Of a stretch of 64,000 bases of DNA, positions 37,126-51,285 are shown piece after piece (the stretch's first letter is position 1; each line of letters starts with the position of its first letter). The stretch comes from Octopus sinensis (taxonomy: Eukaryota). The translations under genes and the position numbers were made by a program. The notes under the pieces are model-generated. The model was not told where the DNA came from. It made no database searches and saw only the letters and a program-made list of their open reading frames with translations. The stretch is from the NCBI RefSeq assembly GCF_006345805.1, contig NC_043016.1, forward strand, positions 17,856,001 through 17,920,000. The letters are read 5' to 3'.

Positions 37126-37542
37126 GGATCTTTTCGGTTTGAACGGCAGTTTTTTTTTTTAGCGGTGTCATGAAATTGTCACCCATAATTATGACCCTAG
37201 TATCGATCTATTGCATTTCAATCTTTTTTAGGGTTAGGGGTGGGGGGAAGGGTATCTTTTTTTCTTCACAAATGTAAATAAACCCAATCTGTTTCTTAAA
37301 CGAGGGACATATTCATACGGCACAGAATGTTTTTTATCTCAACAGACGTCAGTGATTGGTTGAAATTGCAGAAATTGAAGAAAAAAACAACAAATATCTT
37401 ACAAACTATAAAATTTTATCAATAAAGCCAAGAGAAAAAGATGTTTATGTTTTATAAACACATTCTACCAGTATACGAAGTTTAAAATTTTTTAGTTACC
37501 TAGAAATTATGTTAAAAACTGCCGTTCAAACCAAAAAGATCC
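37126..37542. mobile_element. Merlin-like MITE copy 2
   Basis: Same TIR; perfect 8 bp TSD ATAAAGTC (37118-37125, 37543-37550). Confidence 0.8.
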
Positions 37543-38024
37543 ATAAAGTCGGTTATAACGTTTATCTACAGAGAGATGACACACGTCAGATATTTGGCGG
37601 CCGAGACTTTTCAGGCGAAAATTATGAAATATCCGATATTGTTTCATTATTGAAAGTTGCCGAGATATATATTTGATTTTGATTTTGATTTTTCCAGTTT
37701 CAGCTTATATATATATATATATATTTTTTTTTTTTTAATATAACATAATAATGACGACGTAGACCATATATAATTTATAAATTAATAAAAAGCCTGGTAT
37801 ATTAAAAAAAAAGAAGATATAGTTGGGCAAAAACCGATTTAAATTTGTTAAATTAGAAAACCAAAAATAACTAATTATTTTGGCTTAAGTCTATCTGTCT
37901 TAGAGAATGTCCTAAATAGATCAGAAAATCACTCAAAGCAAGGAAGGAAAACAAATTTTTTTTTTAAATCATGAACTTAAACTATGGTTCCTTCTTTGTC
38001 CTACTTTAAACGTGTGTGTGTGTG

Positions 38025-38250
38025 TCTGGAAGTACATAGCTTAGTAGTTAAAGTGTTGCACTCGCAATCACTAGATTGTGGTTTCAATTTCCAGACCGGC
38101 TATGCATTGTGTTCTTGAACAAACCACTTCATTTCACATTGATTCAGTCAGCTGTAAATGAGGAAACCCTGCCATGGATTTGTGTTCCAGCAAGAGGGAA
38201 TGTTGACCTGCCCACCTTGCCAGCAGACTGCCATCATTTGAAAGCTACAA
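38025..38250 (+). mobile_element. SINE family D (degenerate)
   Basis: Head and D core recognisable. Confidence 0.65.
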
Positions 38251-38304
38251 TATTGTAAGAAAGGGAGTTATGACCAGTGGTGTAGAACAATATCCAATAA
38301 TCTA

Positions 38305-38505
38305 GTCGATGCAGGTATCATCTTTGAACGTCTGTCTTCTATTTTTAGATGAGTAAGTTGGTGCGGCAAGATCCAAGAGGACTGCATCATGCTCCAGTGT
38401 CTGCTTTGGCATGATTTCTATGGCTTGATGCCCTTCTTGATATCAACCATTTTACAGAGTGTACTGAGTGACTTTTAATGTAGCACCAGCATTAGTGGTG
38501 TTACC
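38305..38505 (-). mobile_element. Family F (RTE-like GAT tail) fragment
   Basis: gatttctatggcttgatgcccttc core shared with 47260, 49170 and 55905. Confidence 0.6.
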
Positions 38506-39487
38506 TTTCAGTTGGTTTTATGCAAGGTGATGAGAGCTTAAAGTATGAAAGAAGGGAGCAGAACAGGTTTCTTGCTGTAGAGGAAATACATGCTTACATG
38601 TATTATAGAAGAAAGGATGGGAACGACCAGAGTGGAGCTGAAAAGGAAGATGAAATAGTGATAATGTTGAGTCTGTAGACTCTCCTGATACAAGAAATTA
38701 AGTAGAAATGAATGGGAACCAAAGAACAAGAACTGTGAACAGTGGAGATCACAACAGTGTATGGAGAGAGTAAGGAATGATCAGAGATGGGGTATATGTA
38801 TATATATATTCTCTCTTACCCTTTCTCCATTTTCACCTTTCAATTAGTTATTGTTTTACCTCTTCCTCCATCTGTTTTATAAATGCTTGTATTTATGAAT
38901 TCTCACGGGACCCATGCATATTTCATGGAATCAATTAATTTCATGGAATTAACTTATTGGGTTATTTCTGAAACCTTTATCCAAAAAAGACCCTGAAAGT
39001 GTAGCCTGTGTTGTGTCAATATGGAAAGATAGTCGCACATCAGCTAATCATTAAAAGGTGAAGGAAATCGGAATACGATGATTGCTTAATGCACTTTATA
39101 TACTTTACGCTCAATTTTAGAGACTTAATACACAACACTCTCCATCTTTTTCTCCCCCTCTTCACCTTACTCTCTTTTTCTCACTCCATTTTCTTTCGCT
39201 CTTCACTTTTCCCTTCGACTAATCAGATGAAAGTCTTACAGATGGAGGATAAAAACTTAGGTAAAGAAAATTGCACATTTCACTCACCACGACCTCCTCT
39301 CCCTCCCCTTCCCCATCTCCCTCCTCCCGTCCCACCTCTCCCCCTCCCATCCCCCTTCAACTAATCGCATGGAAGAGTTACTGATGGGCTAAGTAACAGA
39401 GAAACAAACAGAATCATTATAAGACACAGCCTACTACTACTGCATTTGCTAATCATCCTTCAGAAGAGAATGTTCAGTGATTCCTAC

Positions 39488-39673
39488 ATAGGCATAGGAG
39501 TGGCTGTGTGGTAAGTACCTTGCTTACCAACCACATGTTTCCGGGTTCAGTCCCACTACATGGCACCTTGGGCAAGTGTCTTCTACTATAGCTTCAGGCT
39601 GACCAAAGCCTTGTGAGTGGATTTGGTACACGGAAACTGAAAGAAGCCCATCATATATATATATGTGTGTGTG

Positions 39674-39704
<31 letters not shown>

Positions 39705-39910
39705 TTGTGTGTCTGTGTTTGTCCCCCACAACATCACTTGACAACCGATGTTGGTGTGTTTACATCCCCGTAACTTAGCGGTTCGCAAAAGTGTCTGATA
39801 GAATAAGTAACAGGCTTACAAAGAATAAGTCCTGGAGTTGATTTGCTTGACTAAAGGCAGTGCTCCAGCATGGCCACTGTCAAATGACTGAAACGAGTAA
39901 AAAAGAGATA
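39488..39910 (+). mobile_element. SINE family A, CpG-decayed
   Basis: Full length; many CG>TG/CA changes. A further tail fragment lies at about 39985-40150. Confidence 0.9.
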
Positions 39911-40371
39911 CTTTCAAATCAAGCTTCATGCATGTTGTTGATGTATTTTGTTTATTTGCTCTATGTAATATCACCTCATTATCTATGTGTGTCTGTGTTT
40001 GCCCCCTGCTTTCACTTAACATAATACCAATAAAATATGTACTAGGATAACAAAGAATAAGTCCTGGAGTTGATTTCATCAATTAAAAACACCCTTTAAG
40101 GTGGTGCTCCATCATGGCCACAGTCAAATGACTGAAACAAGTAAAAAATATACAAGAATTAAAGAATAACACTGTTAATGTTATGTAATGTGTTTTAGGC
40201 AAGGCAACTTTACCTTATATATGGTATGAGAAAATGATAAAAGAGAGGAAAACAGGACAAGAAAAGTAACTAATATCTTTGAGATCATAAGAAATTTACT
40301 TCTTAATTGCTAGGTTGTTCTCTTACAATATCAACCATTTCTTGTAATTTCTCGTTACAGCCTGCCATTAA

Positions 40372-40593
40372 CCCTTTTGATACCAATCTGGCTGAAACTG
40401 TCTCTAGCTCTGTAGTTCAAGTGTTTTGTTTACATAAGTTTTGAATTAAAATCTTCCACCAAACCTTAGTCACAATTTATGTTCCTAACACTAGCTTAAT
40501 GATAACCAAGTTATTTTACTCAATTCTTTGTTATATTTAAAATTAATTGAAAGAAACACAGAGCATCTCAACAGAAATATGGTAACAAAAGGG
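40372..40593. mobile_element. piggyBac-type MITE copy 1
   Basis: TTAA|CCCTTTTGATACCA...TGGTAACAAAAGGG|TTAA. Confidence 0.85.
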
Positions 40594-40624
40594 TTAAAAT
40601 AAATAATAGAGAAATAATTCTTAA

Positions 40625-40842
40625 CCCTTTCATTACCAACCTGGCTGAAACCGCCTCTGACTCTGTAGTACAAATGTTTTGTTTTCATAAGTTTTGAATT
40701 AAAATCTCCCATCAAACCTTAGTCACAATTTATGTTCCTAACACTAGCTTAATGATAACCAAGTTATTTTGCTAAATTCTTATATTTAAAATCAATTAAA
40801 ACAAACACAGAGCATCTCAAATTAAATACGGTGACAAAAGGG
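40625..40842. mobile_element. piggyBac-type MITE copy 2
   Basis: TTAA|CCC...GGG|TTAA; homologous to copy 1. Confidence 0.85.
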
Positions 40843-41424
40843 TTAATGCTGTATAATCAGTATATCTTATGTTGTTTATATTCAAACCATTGACAGTGAA
40901 TCGTTTAATCTCTTTTGTGTCTCTCTGTATATATACTTACATATATCCAGTATAGACCTTAAATAGTTATGGTGATAAAGCACATCCTTGTCTTTCACCT
41001 CTTTTGATCTTCACACATTCTGACAATGATGGTCTACTTTGGTTGATACTTTTTAGTTCCAGTATAACACAAAATAATTCTGATGTCATTTTCTTCTAAG
41101 CCAGATTGTTCTAAGGAGGTAATAAGCTCTCTGTGGTGTATATGGTTAAATACCTTTGCATAGTCTGCGAAATAAGTAAATAAATCTTTTGGTATTTGTT
41201 TTTGCTTTTATGGTAGATTGTTGAAGTAGAATATGGCACTTCTTGTATCTCTTTTAGCTATAAATCTAAATTCTGCATTTAAGTAGCTTTTTATTCGAGG
41301 ACTAATATTCCTCAAGTCAGACCAGTAAGGTGATAAATACCAATGTTTTGAAATCTCCAGGGAGGTGCTCAGTGTCACAAAAGTCATTGAAAATATCCTA
41401 TGAGTTTATCAATTCCATAATCTT

Positions 41425-41718
41425 CTTCACCACCATGACAATCATCAACATCATCATCATCTTCACCACTACCATCACAATCATCATCACCATCTCATCT
41501 TCACTATCACAATCATCATCATTTTCATCTTCACTACCACCACCACCATCACAGTCATCACCATCTTCATCATCTTCTCTATCACAATCATCATCATTTT
41601 CATCTTCACCACCACCACCACCATCACAGTCATCATCTTCATCATCTTCACTATCACAATCATCATCATTTTCATCTTCACCACCACCACCATCACAGTC
41701 ATCATCATCATCATCATT

Positions 41719-41752
<34 letters not shown>

Positions 41753-41904
41753 CCATCTTTACTATCACAATCATCATCATTTTCATCTTCACCACCACCA
41801 CCACCATCACAGTCATCATCATCATCATCTTCACTATCACAATCATCATCATTTTCATCTTCACCACCACCATCATCACAGTCATCATCATCATCATCAT
41901 CATT

Positions 41905-41937
<33 letters not shown>

Positions 41938-42025
41938 TTCACTATCACAATCATCATCATTTTCATCTTCACCACCACCACCACCATCACAGTCATCATC
42001 ACTACCACCATCACCACAATAACAT
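41425..42025. repeat. CAT/CAC trinucleotide-based higher-order tandem repeat
   Basis: Recurring unit marked by ctatcacaatcatcatcattttcatcttcacc. Confidence 0.9.
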
Positions 42026-42266
42026 CTCCCATGGTCCTGGCACTGTACTTTTCCTCCATCTCCTTCACGGCATGTTACACTTGAAACTTTTAAAATCTTT
42101 GGTTCATTAATATTGCATGGTAAAAGCTTTTCAGATCTTTCATTCTAACACTTCTAACATCCTCATGTGTTATTGTTTCTGGTCCTGAAGTTCAATGATC
42201 TTTGTTTTTGTTTTATGTTGGTTTTTTTTTCCACATTTTAATATCAATTGAGGAATTTCTTCTGTC

Positions 42267-42505
42267 ATAGGCGCAGGAGTGGATGTGTGGTAAGTAGCTT
42301 GCTTACCAGCCATATGGTTCCGGGTTCAATCCCAGTGCGTGGCACTTTGGGCAAGTGTCTTCTACTATAGCCCCGGGCCGACCAAAGCCTTGAGTGGATT
42401 TGGTAGACGGAAACTGAAAGAAGCCCGTCGTATATATGAGTATATATATATGTGTATGTATGTGTGTATGTATGTATGTGTGTATGTATGTATGTATGTA
42501 CGTAT
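42267..42505 (+). mobile_element. SINE family A 5' half
   Basis: Head and core, ending in the internal microsatellite. Confidence 0.85.
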
Positions 42506-42855
42506 GTATGTATGTAAAGGTAAAGACCCCCTTTGGTCATGAATGACCATGAAATTGCATCTAGAAAGTTCCCCTCCAAGGCACAAGTCTGGACAAGGTT
42601 GTTTATGGAAGACCAGCAGTCACCCATGCATACCAACTTCCTCCCCTCTCCATACCACCGATGTTATCCAAGGGAAAGGCAACAGCAGATACAGCTTGGC
42701 ACCTGTGATGTCACAACTCATTTCTACAGCTGAGTGAACAGAAGCAATGTAAAATAAAGTGTCTTGCTCAAGAACACAACACACAGCCTGGTCCGGGATT
42801 CTAATTTATTACCTCAAGATTGTAAGGCTGATGCTCTAACCACTGAGCCATGCAC
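42506..42855 (-). mobile_element. SINE family D with RTE-like (CTTTAC)n tail
   Basis: Tail shared with 18531-18728. Confidence 0.8.
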
Positions 42856-43098
42856 CTTCATACACACACACACACACACACACATATTTACACAACAAAC
42901 TTCTTTCAATTTTTGTTCATCAAATTCACTCACAAGTCTTTGGTCAGCCTTCAGTGCAATAGTAAAAGGCGCATGTCCAAGGGACTGCACAGTGAAATTA
43001 AACCTAAAACCATCTGATTGGAGAACATCTGCACTAGTGTGTGTGTGTGCGTGTGTGTGTATACATACATAATGCAGAGACAAAATATTTTATAAAAA

Positions 43099-43500
43099 TC
43101 TTTATATATAAAAGTGAAGTTGTGTGTCTGTCTCTTATGATTTAGATTCCTAACTACTCCCACATTTTGTGGTGCAGTTTAACCAAAAGCGGGTATCTTA
43201 TAGTCGTGATTCATATCGAGCCCTTCTGGGTATTAGCGCGCATCTACGATGAGTGTACGATTTTTTAAAAAGTTTACCATCATTTTTTTCCATTTTAATG
43301 CATTTTTTTCGCAATTATATAAGGGAAGTAGCTCTCTAAAAATGTCTACGATGAGTCAAAGATTTAAAAAAAAAATTTACCATCATTTTTTTTTTCCATT
43401 TTTAATGCATTTTTTTGCTATTTTTTGGCTATAACTCTCTAAAAATGCTTATATAGTTATTTCCCTTACAAACCCGAGCAACGCCGGGCAATACTGCTAG
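43099..43500 (+). mobile_element. Non-autonomous Helitron (different 5' part, shared 3' end)
   Basis: A|TC at 43098/9; hairpin CCCGAGCAACGCCGGG; CTAG|T at 43500/1. Confidence 0.85.
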
Positions 43501-44008
43501 TGTTTATTATAAATCTTCAATATACAATTTTAGATTCATACTGTCACAGAATAAACAACATAATGGAAAGATGTAATTTATTTTCTAATCTCAATATCTA
43601 TATAAACACAATATGCTGTAGTGGTATTTATACATTTACTGTTGTGTTAGATAAGATAAATCTATATATTCAAATGTGTGCACTGATATATTGTTAATAA
43701 AGATTGATTTAGCCTATTTACACACATTTACGCATGCATGTGCATACGTATAAATATATGTATATATACATATACACACACACACATTCATGTATATAAA
43801 CACAAATGCACACACACATTATATATATATATATATACACAGCATGGAATATGAATGATGATGATGATGATGTATATCACTTTTTAACATTTGTTGATCA
43901 AAAATAATTAAATAAATAAATGGATGCACGTGTGGGTGTGCATGCACATGTGTCTATATGGATGGAAAGACAGTCAGACTGATAGACAGAATTATATACA
44001 TACATACA

Positions 44009-44051
<43 letters not shown>

Positions 44052-44994
44052 TCACACATGTAACTATGTATGCATATACATTTTATATATAAATGTATTT
44101 ATGTACGTGTATATATATGTATATATATATGTATATGTGTGTGTGTATGTTTGTATGTATGTATATGTATATATATATAATATATATTATATATATATAT
44201 ATATATGCAAATTTACTATAAAAGTCCAAACAAGTTTATATAGGTAAATACAGAGTAGTTATATAACATTAGATATAAATAAATATAGAGTGTCGTGTGT
44301 ATGTGCTTGTAAGTATATATAGCAACTTTTCTTTAAATTGAAAAATTCATTTAATTGCAGAGCAGCAAAAAGAAACCAAAAAAAAAAAACATTGAAATTA
44401 GAGAGTAATTTTATCTTTTTTTTTTTTCACTATTTTTTTTTCCCAGGTGTAATAATACAGTTACCGAATTTCATTGAACTTCAAATTTCAATTAGATGTT
44501 TTATTCCTAACTCAGTGTGTAAAATAAAATTAATTTTTTTTTTTAAATCAAATGAATTAAAAACATAAAAATAAAACCCACCATCCCCGAAAATGCACGA
44601 AATTAAAACCACGACAACAACAACAACAACAACCAACACAAAATGAAGTGTTGATAAAAATTTTCACATCCCTGTCTTGGCTGTTGATGATATGCAATAG
44701 TACAGTTAGCTGACTGCTACTACATCAGCTGTAGCAGCAACAACAACAACAACATCACACCGACAGCCACTGCTGCAGCAGTAGGGGCAGCCATTTCTAA
44801 CCATTCTTGGGAATGATACTCTGGCATTCATTTCAACAAATGGTAAAAATTACAGCAGCCTTTGTAGAATATACAATCTTGTTTACAAGTGTTAGCAACA
44901 TCCTCTTCTACTTAACGGCATCATTTATAATTACATGCTGCTGCTGCTGTAGTTGCTGCTGGTGCTGCTGGTGCTGTTTATGCTTGCTACCTGC

Positions 44995-46035
44995 GAACGA
45001 TGATGACGACGATGAGGGTGATGAGGATGATGATGATTGACTAGAGTAATGGTGATGATGAGAGTGATAATTGTGATGAGATGAGGATGATGGTAGTGGT
45101 GGTGATGGTGGTGGTGGTGATGGTGGTGATGACGATAGTGGTGGTAGTGGATGGTGATGATGATGATGATGATGATGACGACGATGAGGGTGATGATGAT
45201 GATGATTGCTGAGAGTAATGGTGATGATGAGAGTGATAATTGTGATGAGATGAGGATGATGATGGTAGTGGTGGTGATGGTGGTGGTGGTGATGAAGATG
45301 ATAATGATGATGGTGATGATGATGACGTCGAGGAGGAGGATGATGATAGTAGTGGTAGTGGATGATGATGGTGATGATGTGGGTGATAATTGTGATGCGA
45401 TGATGATGATGATAGTAGTGGTGGTGATGGTGCTGGTGAGGACTGATGGTGATGGTGGTGATGAGGAAGATGATAATGATGATGGTAGTGATGATGACGA
45501 GGAGGGTGATGATGATGATGATTTATGAGAGTAATGGTGATGATGAGGGTGATGATGATGATGATGACGACGATGAGGGTGATGATGATGATGATTGATG
45601 AGAGTAATGGTGATGATGAGGGTGATAATTGTGATGCGATGATGATGATTATGGTAGTGGTAATGGTGGTGGTGAGGACAGTGATGGTGGTGGTGAAGAT
45701 GATGATGAAGATGGTAATGATGATGGTGATGATGATGACAAGGAGGAGGTGGATGATAGTGGTGGTAGTGGATGATGAGGGTGATAATTGTGATGTGATG
45801 ATGATGGTAGTGGTAATGGTGGTGGTTGTGGTGAGGACAGTGGTGGTGAAGATGATGATGAAGATGGTAATGATGATGGTGATGATGATGACGAGGAGGA
45901 GGATGATGATAGTGGTGGTAGTGGATGATGATAGTGGTGGTAGTGGATGATCATCATCATCATCGTCATAACGATGAGGAGAATATTGATGGCAATGAAT
46001 AAGGTGATGGTGATGCTGATGGTGATGCTGAGGAG
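44995..46035. repeat. GAT/GGT trinucleotide-based higher-order repeat
   Basis: Recurring marker gagagtaatggtgatgatgag(a/g)gtgataattgtgatg. Confidence 0.9.
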
Positions 46036-46049
46036 GATGACGATCAAGT

Positions 46050-46189
46050 GCTGTTGATGCCGGTGCCAATTCTACTGGTGCTGCTACTGCATCATGTGCT
46101 GCTGATGCTGCTGCTGCTGGTCATGCTGCATCTTCGTGTTGTTGATGTCGATGCTAATGCCACTGCCTCATATGCTGCTGCTGCTGTTG

Positions 46190-46225
<36 letters not shown>

Positions 46226-46241
46226 ATGCTGCTGCTGTTGA

Positions 46242-46295
<54 letters not shown>

Positions 46296-46610
46296 TGTTC
46301 CTTGTTGTTTGTGCTGCATCAGATGTTATTGGCCATGGTGTCACCTGTCACCATTTTGATTACCACTGCCTACAATAACAAGCACTACAACAGTTGCTGC
46401 TACAACCACAATCACTACCACAGTGACTACCACAAGTACTATCAACACCGCGTCACCATTGCTTTGCCACTACTACTATTACAACTACTACCAACAATAA
46501 CCCTAACAATGCAAGCACCACCATTGCCACTACCACCACCACCACCACCACCACCACTAGTACTGCTACTAATACTACTACTATTACTACTACTTCTACT
46601 ACGATTATCA
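46050..46610. repeat. (CTG)n and CAC/TAC microsatellites
   Basis: Direct reading. Confidence 0.9.
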
Positions 46611-46732
46611 ACCTGAGTTTGTACATTAACAGAAAAATAAGCATTTTGTAATCGATTATATATATGCATATGTGTATATATATATATATACACACACATG
46701 TATAATCAATATGCATATGTATATATATATAT

Positions 46733-47118
46733 ACTCTTTACCCTTTTACTTGTTTCAGTCGTGTGACTGTGGCCATGCTGGAGCACCACCTTTAGTTGAG
46801 AAAATCGACCCCAGGACTTATTCTTTGTAAGCCTAGTACTTATTCTATCGGTTTCTTTTGCTGAACCGCTAAGTTATGGGGACATAAACACACCAGCATC
46901 AGTTGTCAAGCGATGTTGGGGGAACAAACACAGACACACATATATATACATGTATATGATGGGCTTCTTTCAGTTTCCATCTACCAAATCCACTCACAAG
47001 GCTTTATTCAGCCCGTGGCTATAGTAGAAGACAGTTGCCCTAGGTGAACGCAGTGGGACTGAACCCAGAACCTTGTGGTTCGTAAGCAAGCTACTTACCA
47101 CACAGCCACTCCTACACC
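46733..47118 (-). mobile_element. SINE family A
   Basis: Full reverse copy. Confidence 0.9.
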
Positions 47119-47201
47119 TTCATGATAAAATTATTTTAACATTTTCTACCTTGTTTTATTTTCCTTATACATATCAACTCATATGTCACTTTTCAACCTT
47201 C

Positions 47202-47245
<44 letters not shown>

Positions 47246-47259
47246 CACATGGGAATGTT

Positions 47260-47500
47260 TTGTTTGGTTGATGCCAGTCCCCCCACCCTCTGACTGGCTC
47301 CTGTGCCGGCAGCACATGAAAAAGCACCCACTACACTCTTGAAGTGGTTGACATTAGGAAGGTCACCCAGCTGTAGAAACCTTGCCAGATCAGATTGGAG
47401 CCTGGTGCAGCCTATTGGTTTGCCAGTCCCCAGTCAAACCATCAAACCCATGACAGCATGGAAATTGGATATTAAACCATGATGATGATGATGATGACTG
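47260..47500 (+). mobile_element. Family F, (GAT)n tail
   Basis: gtggttgacattaggaagg core; ends gatgatgat. Confidence 0.7.
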
Positions 47501-48205
47501 TCCCATGGAAAGAAGTGGGTGATGAGGCCTCTGAATGAAAGCATGCCAGATGTGGGAGGCTTCTGCAGGATTGCAGGGAGAAAGGATGGCAGGTACAGCT
47601 TTTCCCATGTTACCAATATATATATATATATATATATATATTGGTAACATGGAGTGGAGAGGCTGGTATGCTTGGGTGACTGTTAGCCTTCCACAAACAA
47701 CCTTACCTGGACTTGTGCCAAGGAAGAGGAACTTTCTAGGTGCAATCCCATACTTGTTCATGAACGAAAGGGGCCTTTACTTTTCTTATATATATTGTGT
47801 ATGTATGTATGTATGTCTTAGTTTGGTACTCTGGTGCACTTTTAGCCTAGCTAGATGTGTTAAACCCTAAGCCATGGTGAAGGCAACTAATCCAAGAGGT
47901 GGAGAAGTCTAATAGAAAATCCTGAGATATGTTGTTCATTGAGTTTGTAGGGGTATTTGTACCAACTTTCAGCTGTTATCATTAGCAAAAAATGCAACTG
48001 GTCCTATACAAGTTTTCACCATTGAAAATAAATCATCCATGAGGGGAGTCTAATAGTTATAATATTGGTTGTTTGACCTTTATGCATGAAAGCTGATGGA
48101 AGAATTTACTAGATCACTATGCATATATGTATGTATGTATATTAGTACATACATAATAGATGTACACACCCATACTTTTCTAAGTTGATATTATTATCAT
48201 TATTA

Positions 48206-48425
48206 TTAAGGTGGTGAGCCGGTAGAATCATTAACACACCAGACAAAATGCTTAGCAACATCCCAACTTTCTTTAAGTTCTGAGTTCAAATTCCACCAAT
48301 TTTGACTTTGCCTTCCATACTTCCAAGGTTGATGAAATAAATACCAGTTGAGCCTTGGGAGTTGGTGTAATCAACAAGACCCCCTCCCACAAAAATTCCA
48401 GATAACATTGTGCCTATAATAGATA
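48206..48425 (+). mobile_element. SINE family B, CpG-decayed
   Basis: Recognisable head and body. Confidence 0.75.
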
Positions 48426-48448
48426 TTATTATTATTATTATTATTATT

Positions 48449-48893
48449 GAGTGAGAGAGCAGTACATGCCATCAAAGTGGCACTGGGGTAAAATATACGA
48501 AACCCAGTATACCCATCATGACTACTCATCTGATAATTACACTAGGCACATGCATCACAACCATATGTGTGCGACATAGTGATCTCATATCAAGATAAAC
48601 AGCACATGACCTTGCAGGTGGAGCCCAGTTAGAATTTTCTTCAGGTCGATTAGCCCATCCTGCTCAAAAGGTCCCTGAATAAGGGTTGTTTAAGGATGAT
48701 GAACAAAACACCCATGCTTCCAGAGGTGAATAATTCAAACCCCAAAGAATTCTTCTCAACACATAGCTATGATGCTCCCCACTGTTTCTGCTCGTGATCA
48801 GAGATGCACATATCGTCAGCCACTAAGGGACATGCTCAACTGGTTAAGGTCAAACAACTGACAAGCAAATCTGTGGTATTGAGCAGAATATTT
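48449..48893 (-). mobile_element. Family E copy 3, 5'-truncated
   Basis: Reverse complement of family E; (TTA)n on both sides. Confidence 0.85.
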
Positions 48894-48932
48894 ATTATTA
48901 TTATTATTTTTTTTTTTTACAGACTTATTCTT

Positions 48933-49135
48933 TAAGGCAGTGAGCTGGCAGAATCATTAGCACACCCAGTAAAATGCTTAGTGGCATTTTGTCCATCTTT
49001 ATGTTGTAAGTTTGAGGTTGACTCTGCCTTTCATCCTTTCAGGGTCATTAAATTAAGTGCCAGTGAAACACTGAGGTCGATGTAAATGACTTACCCACTC
49101 CCCCAAAATTTCAGGCCTTGTACCTATATTAGAAC
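48933..49135 (+). mobile_element. SINE family B, CpG-decayed
   Basis: Head, body and tail 1. Confidence 0.75.
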
Positions 49136-49169
49136 GGTGGGCCTTCCTTTTGAATGTTGGGCTGAATTC

Positions 49170-49520
49170 CTTTCAAGCATTGGGCTTCATGGAGATAAAG
49201 TGGCTGAATTCCTTTTGAGTGTTGGGCCTCACAGAGGCAATGACCAAGACTTTTGACATTATGTCATGCTTGAGAAGAAGAACCATCAAGCTGAGCAGAA
49301 TCACAGTTGTGGTGGATACCAGCATCATGCAAATGGCACCCATGCAAGTGGCACATAAAAGCACCCATTACACTCTCGGAGTGGTTGGTGTTAGGAAGGG
49401 CATCCAGCCATAGAAAACCATGCCAAATCAGACTGAAGCCTGGTGCAGCCTTCCAGCGTGCCACCCTAGTCAAACCATCCAACCCATGCCAGCAAGGACA
49501 ACAGACGTTAAATGATGACA
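49170..49520 (+). mobile_element. Family F, long copy
   Basis: Core gagtggttggtgttaggaagggcatccagcc; ends gacgttaaatgatg. Confidence 0.7.
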
Positions 49521-50109
49521 ACTACTACTACTACTATAGCTAACATATTTTGTTACCAACTGTTCACTTCCCATGAACCAAGTTGGTGTTTACTTCTCAA
49601 ATCTCCAGAACTTTACAGAGATTCTTTACACTGCTAAGTAAATACTGTTTTCTGGATACACTGCATTTTCATTTTTATTCCTAATTTTCTCAACCAATTT
49701 TTTAATTTCCTTGCTCCATCATCATCATTATCATCATCATCATTCAATGTCCATTTTACATGCCAGCATGGGTTGGATTGGTCGAAGAGTGCGGTATAAG
49801 TTCAGCTCTTTGCATTCCAAGTTCAAATCATGTTATTATTGGGCAATTATAACATAAAATATGATACATAAATAAAGAGACAAATAAGACACAACAACCC
49901 TCCCATCATCACTATGATTTATTTGGTTAAGAGAGAAAAGTAAATGTATAACATGTCATTTTACTCGTTAGCTCTGTAACATCATTAGTCAAAAGTTCAA
50001 ACACTTCTAAACATTAAATTTCTCTTTGATGTCTTCAGAATCAATAGAATAAATAACATTTATACATTAAATTCACCTTGCTCAAATATCTAAAAGCAGA
50101 TGGAAATAA

Positions 50110-50400
<291 letters not shown>

Positions 50401-50559
50401 ATTCACTGTTACAAGATATTGATGTTATTTCGTCAATATTGATGATTAATAATACCTCACCTGATGATGTAACATCAATGCATCAAATTATGTCTCCTAT
50501 CTGATCTCAATGCATCATCTCAGATGAAAAGCAGTTTTTGTCCTTCGTTCATTAAGTCC

Positions 50560-51265
50560 TTTTATGTTGTTCATATTTATTCTTACTTTGTATCAAGAAC
50601 TTTCTGGATAATTCTTGCTGAGCCAAGTAAACAATTCTAATTTTCCAAGGTGTGATGTCAGATTTTTTATATCAGTTTTCCAAGGCCACCATAGTAAGTG
50701 GTTGGATCTTTTAACATGATTACCTTCTTTGTTCTAGTGTTTGAGAAATTCATACTTCAAGTTGGTATTTTGATACTCTTTTACTTCTATTTTCTCGATT
50801 CTGGTATCATCAGGTGGGCATGTAACATCAATTACAAAATAGCTTCATGATTCTGGTAGCAAACACAACTGACAGAATTATTCCCTGCTATCTTCACCTG
50901 TGGAAGAACATCCCCCAATATGAGAGAGTTGTCTCCACAGTATTTGATCTTTGGCAAGAGCATTCAGGGGAAAACTGTGTCAAGACTCATCCATGTTGTG
51001 TTGTTATCTCTCCATCTCTGAGGTTGCCAACCTCTGTTTCACTTCCCATTAACTGTGCCTTCCCAACAGATCTTTCTGGTGCCCCAAATCATTTGTTTAT
51101 TGTGGCTAAGCAGTTTGAGTATATTATTTTTGATGACAGAGGTAATTGGTAGCAATTCTGCTATTCATCTTAACTCTTCAATACTGACATGGCCTGAGAG
51201 TTTGGAGTTAGTAATAAGTTGCATTACATAATTCTGAGAGACTTCTACCTTCTGTAGTACCACAG
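50560..51265 (-). mobile_element. R4/Dong-type LINE relic
   Basis: VIDVTCPPDDTRIEKIEVKRVSKYQ and LLGSARIIQKVLD; (TAA)n downstream. Confidence 0.65.
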
Positions 51266-51285
51266 AAATCCAGTTGACACATTCT

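Noticed and set aside
41330-42068. Ser/Pro-rich and Met/Val-rich ORFs
   Set aside because: By-products of a stop-free trinucleotide array; no splice or domain support.
45041-46378. 342 aa and poly-Ala/Leu ORFs
   Set aside because: Microsatellite translations.
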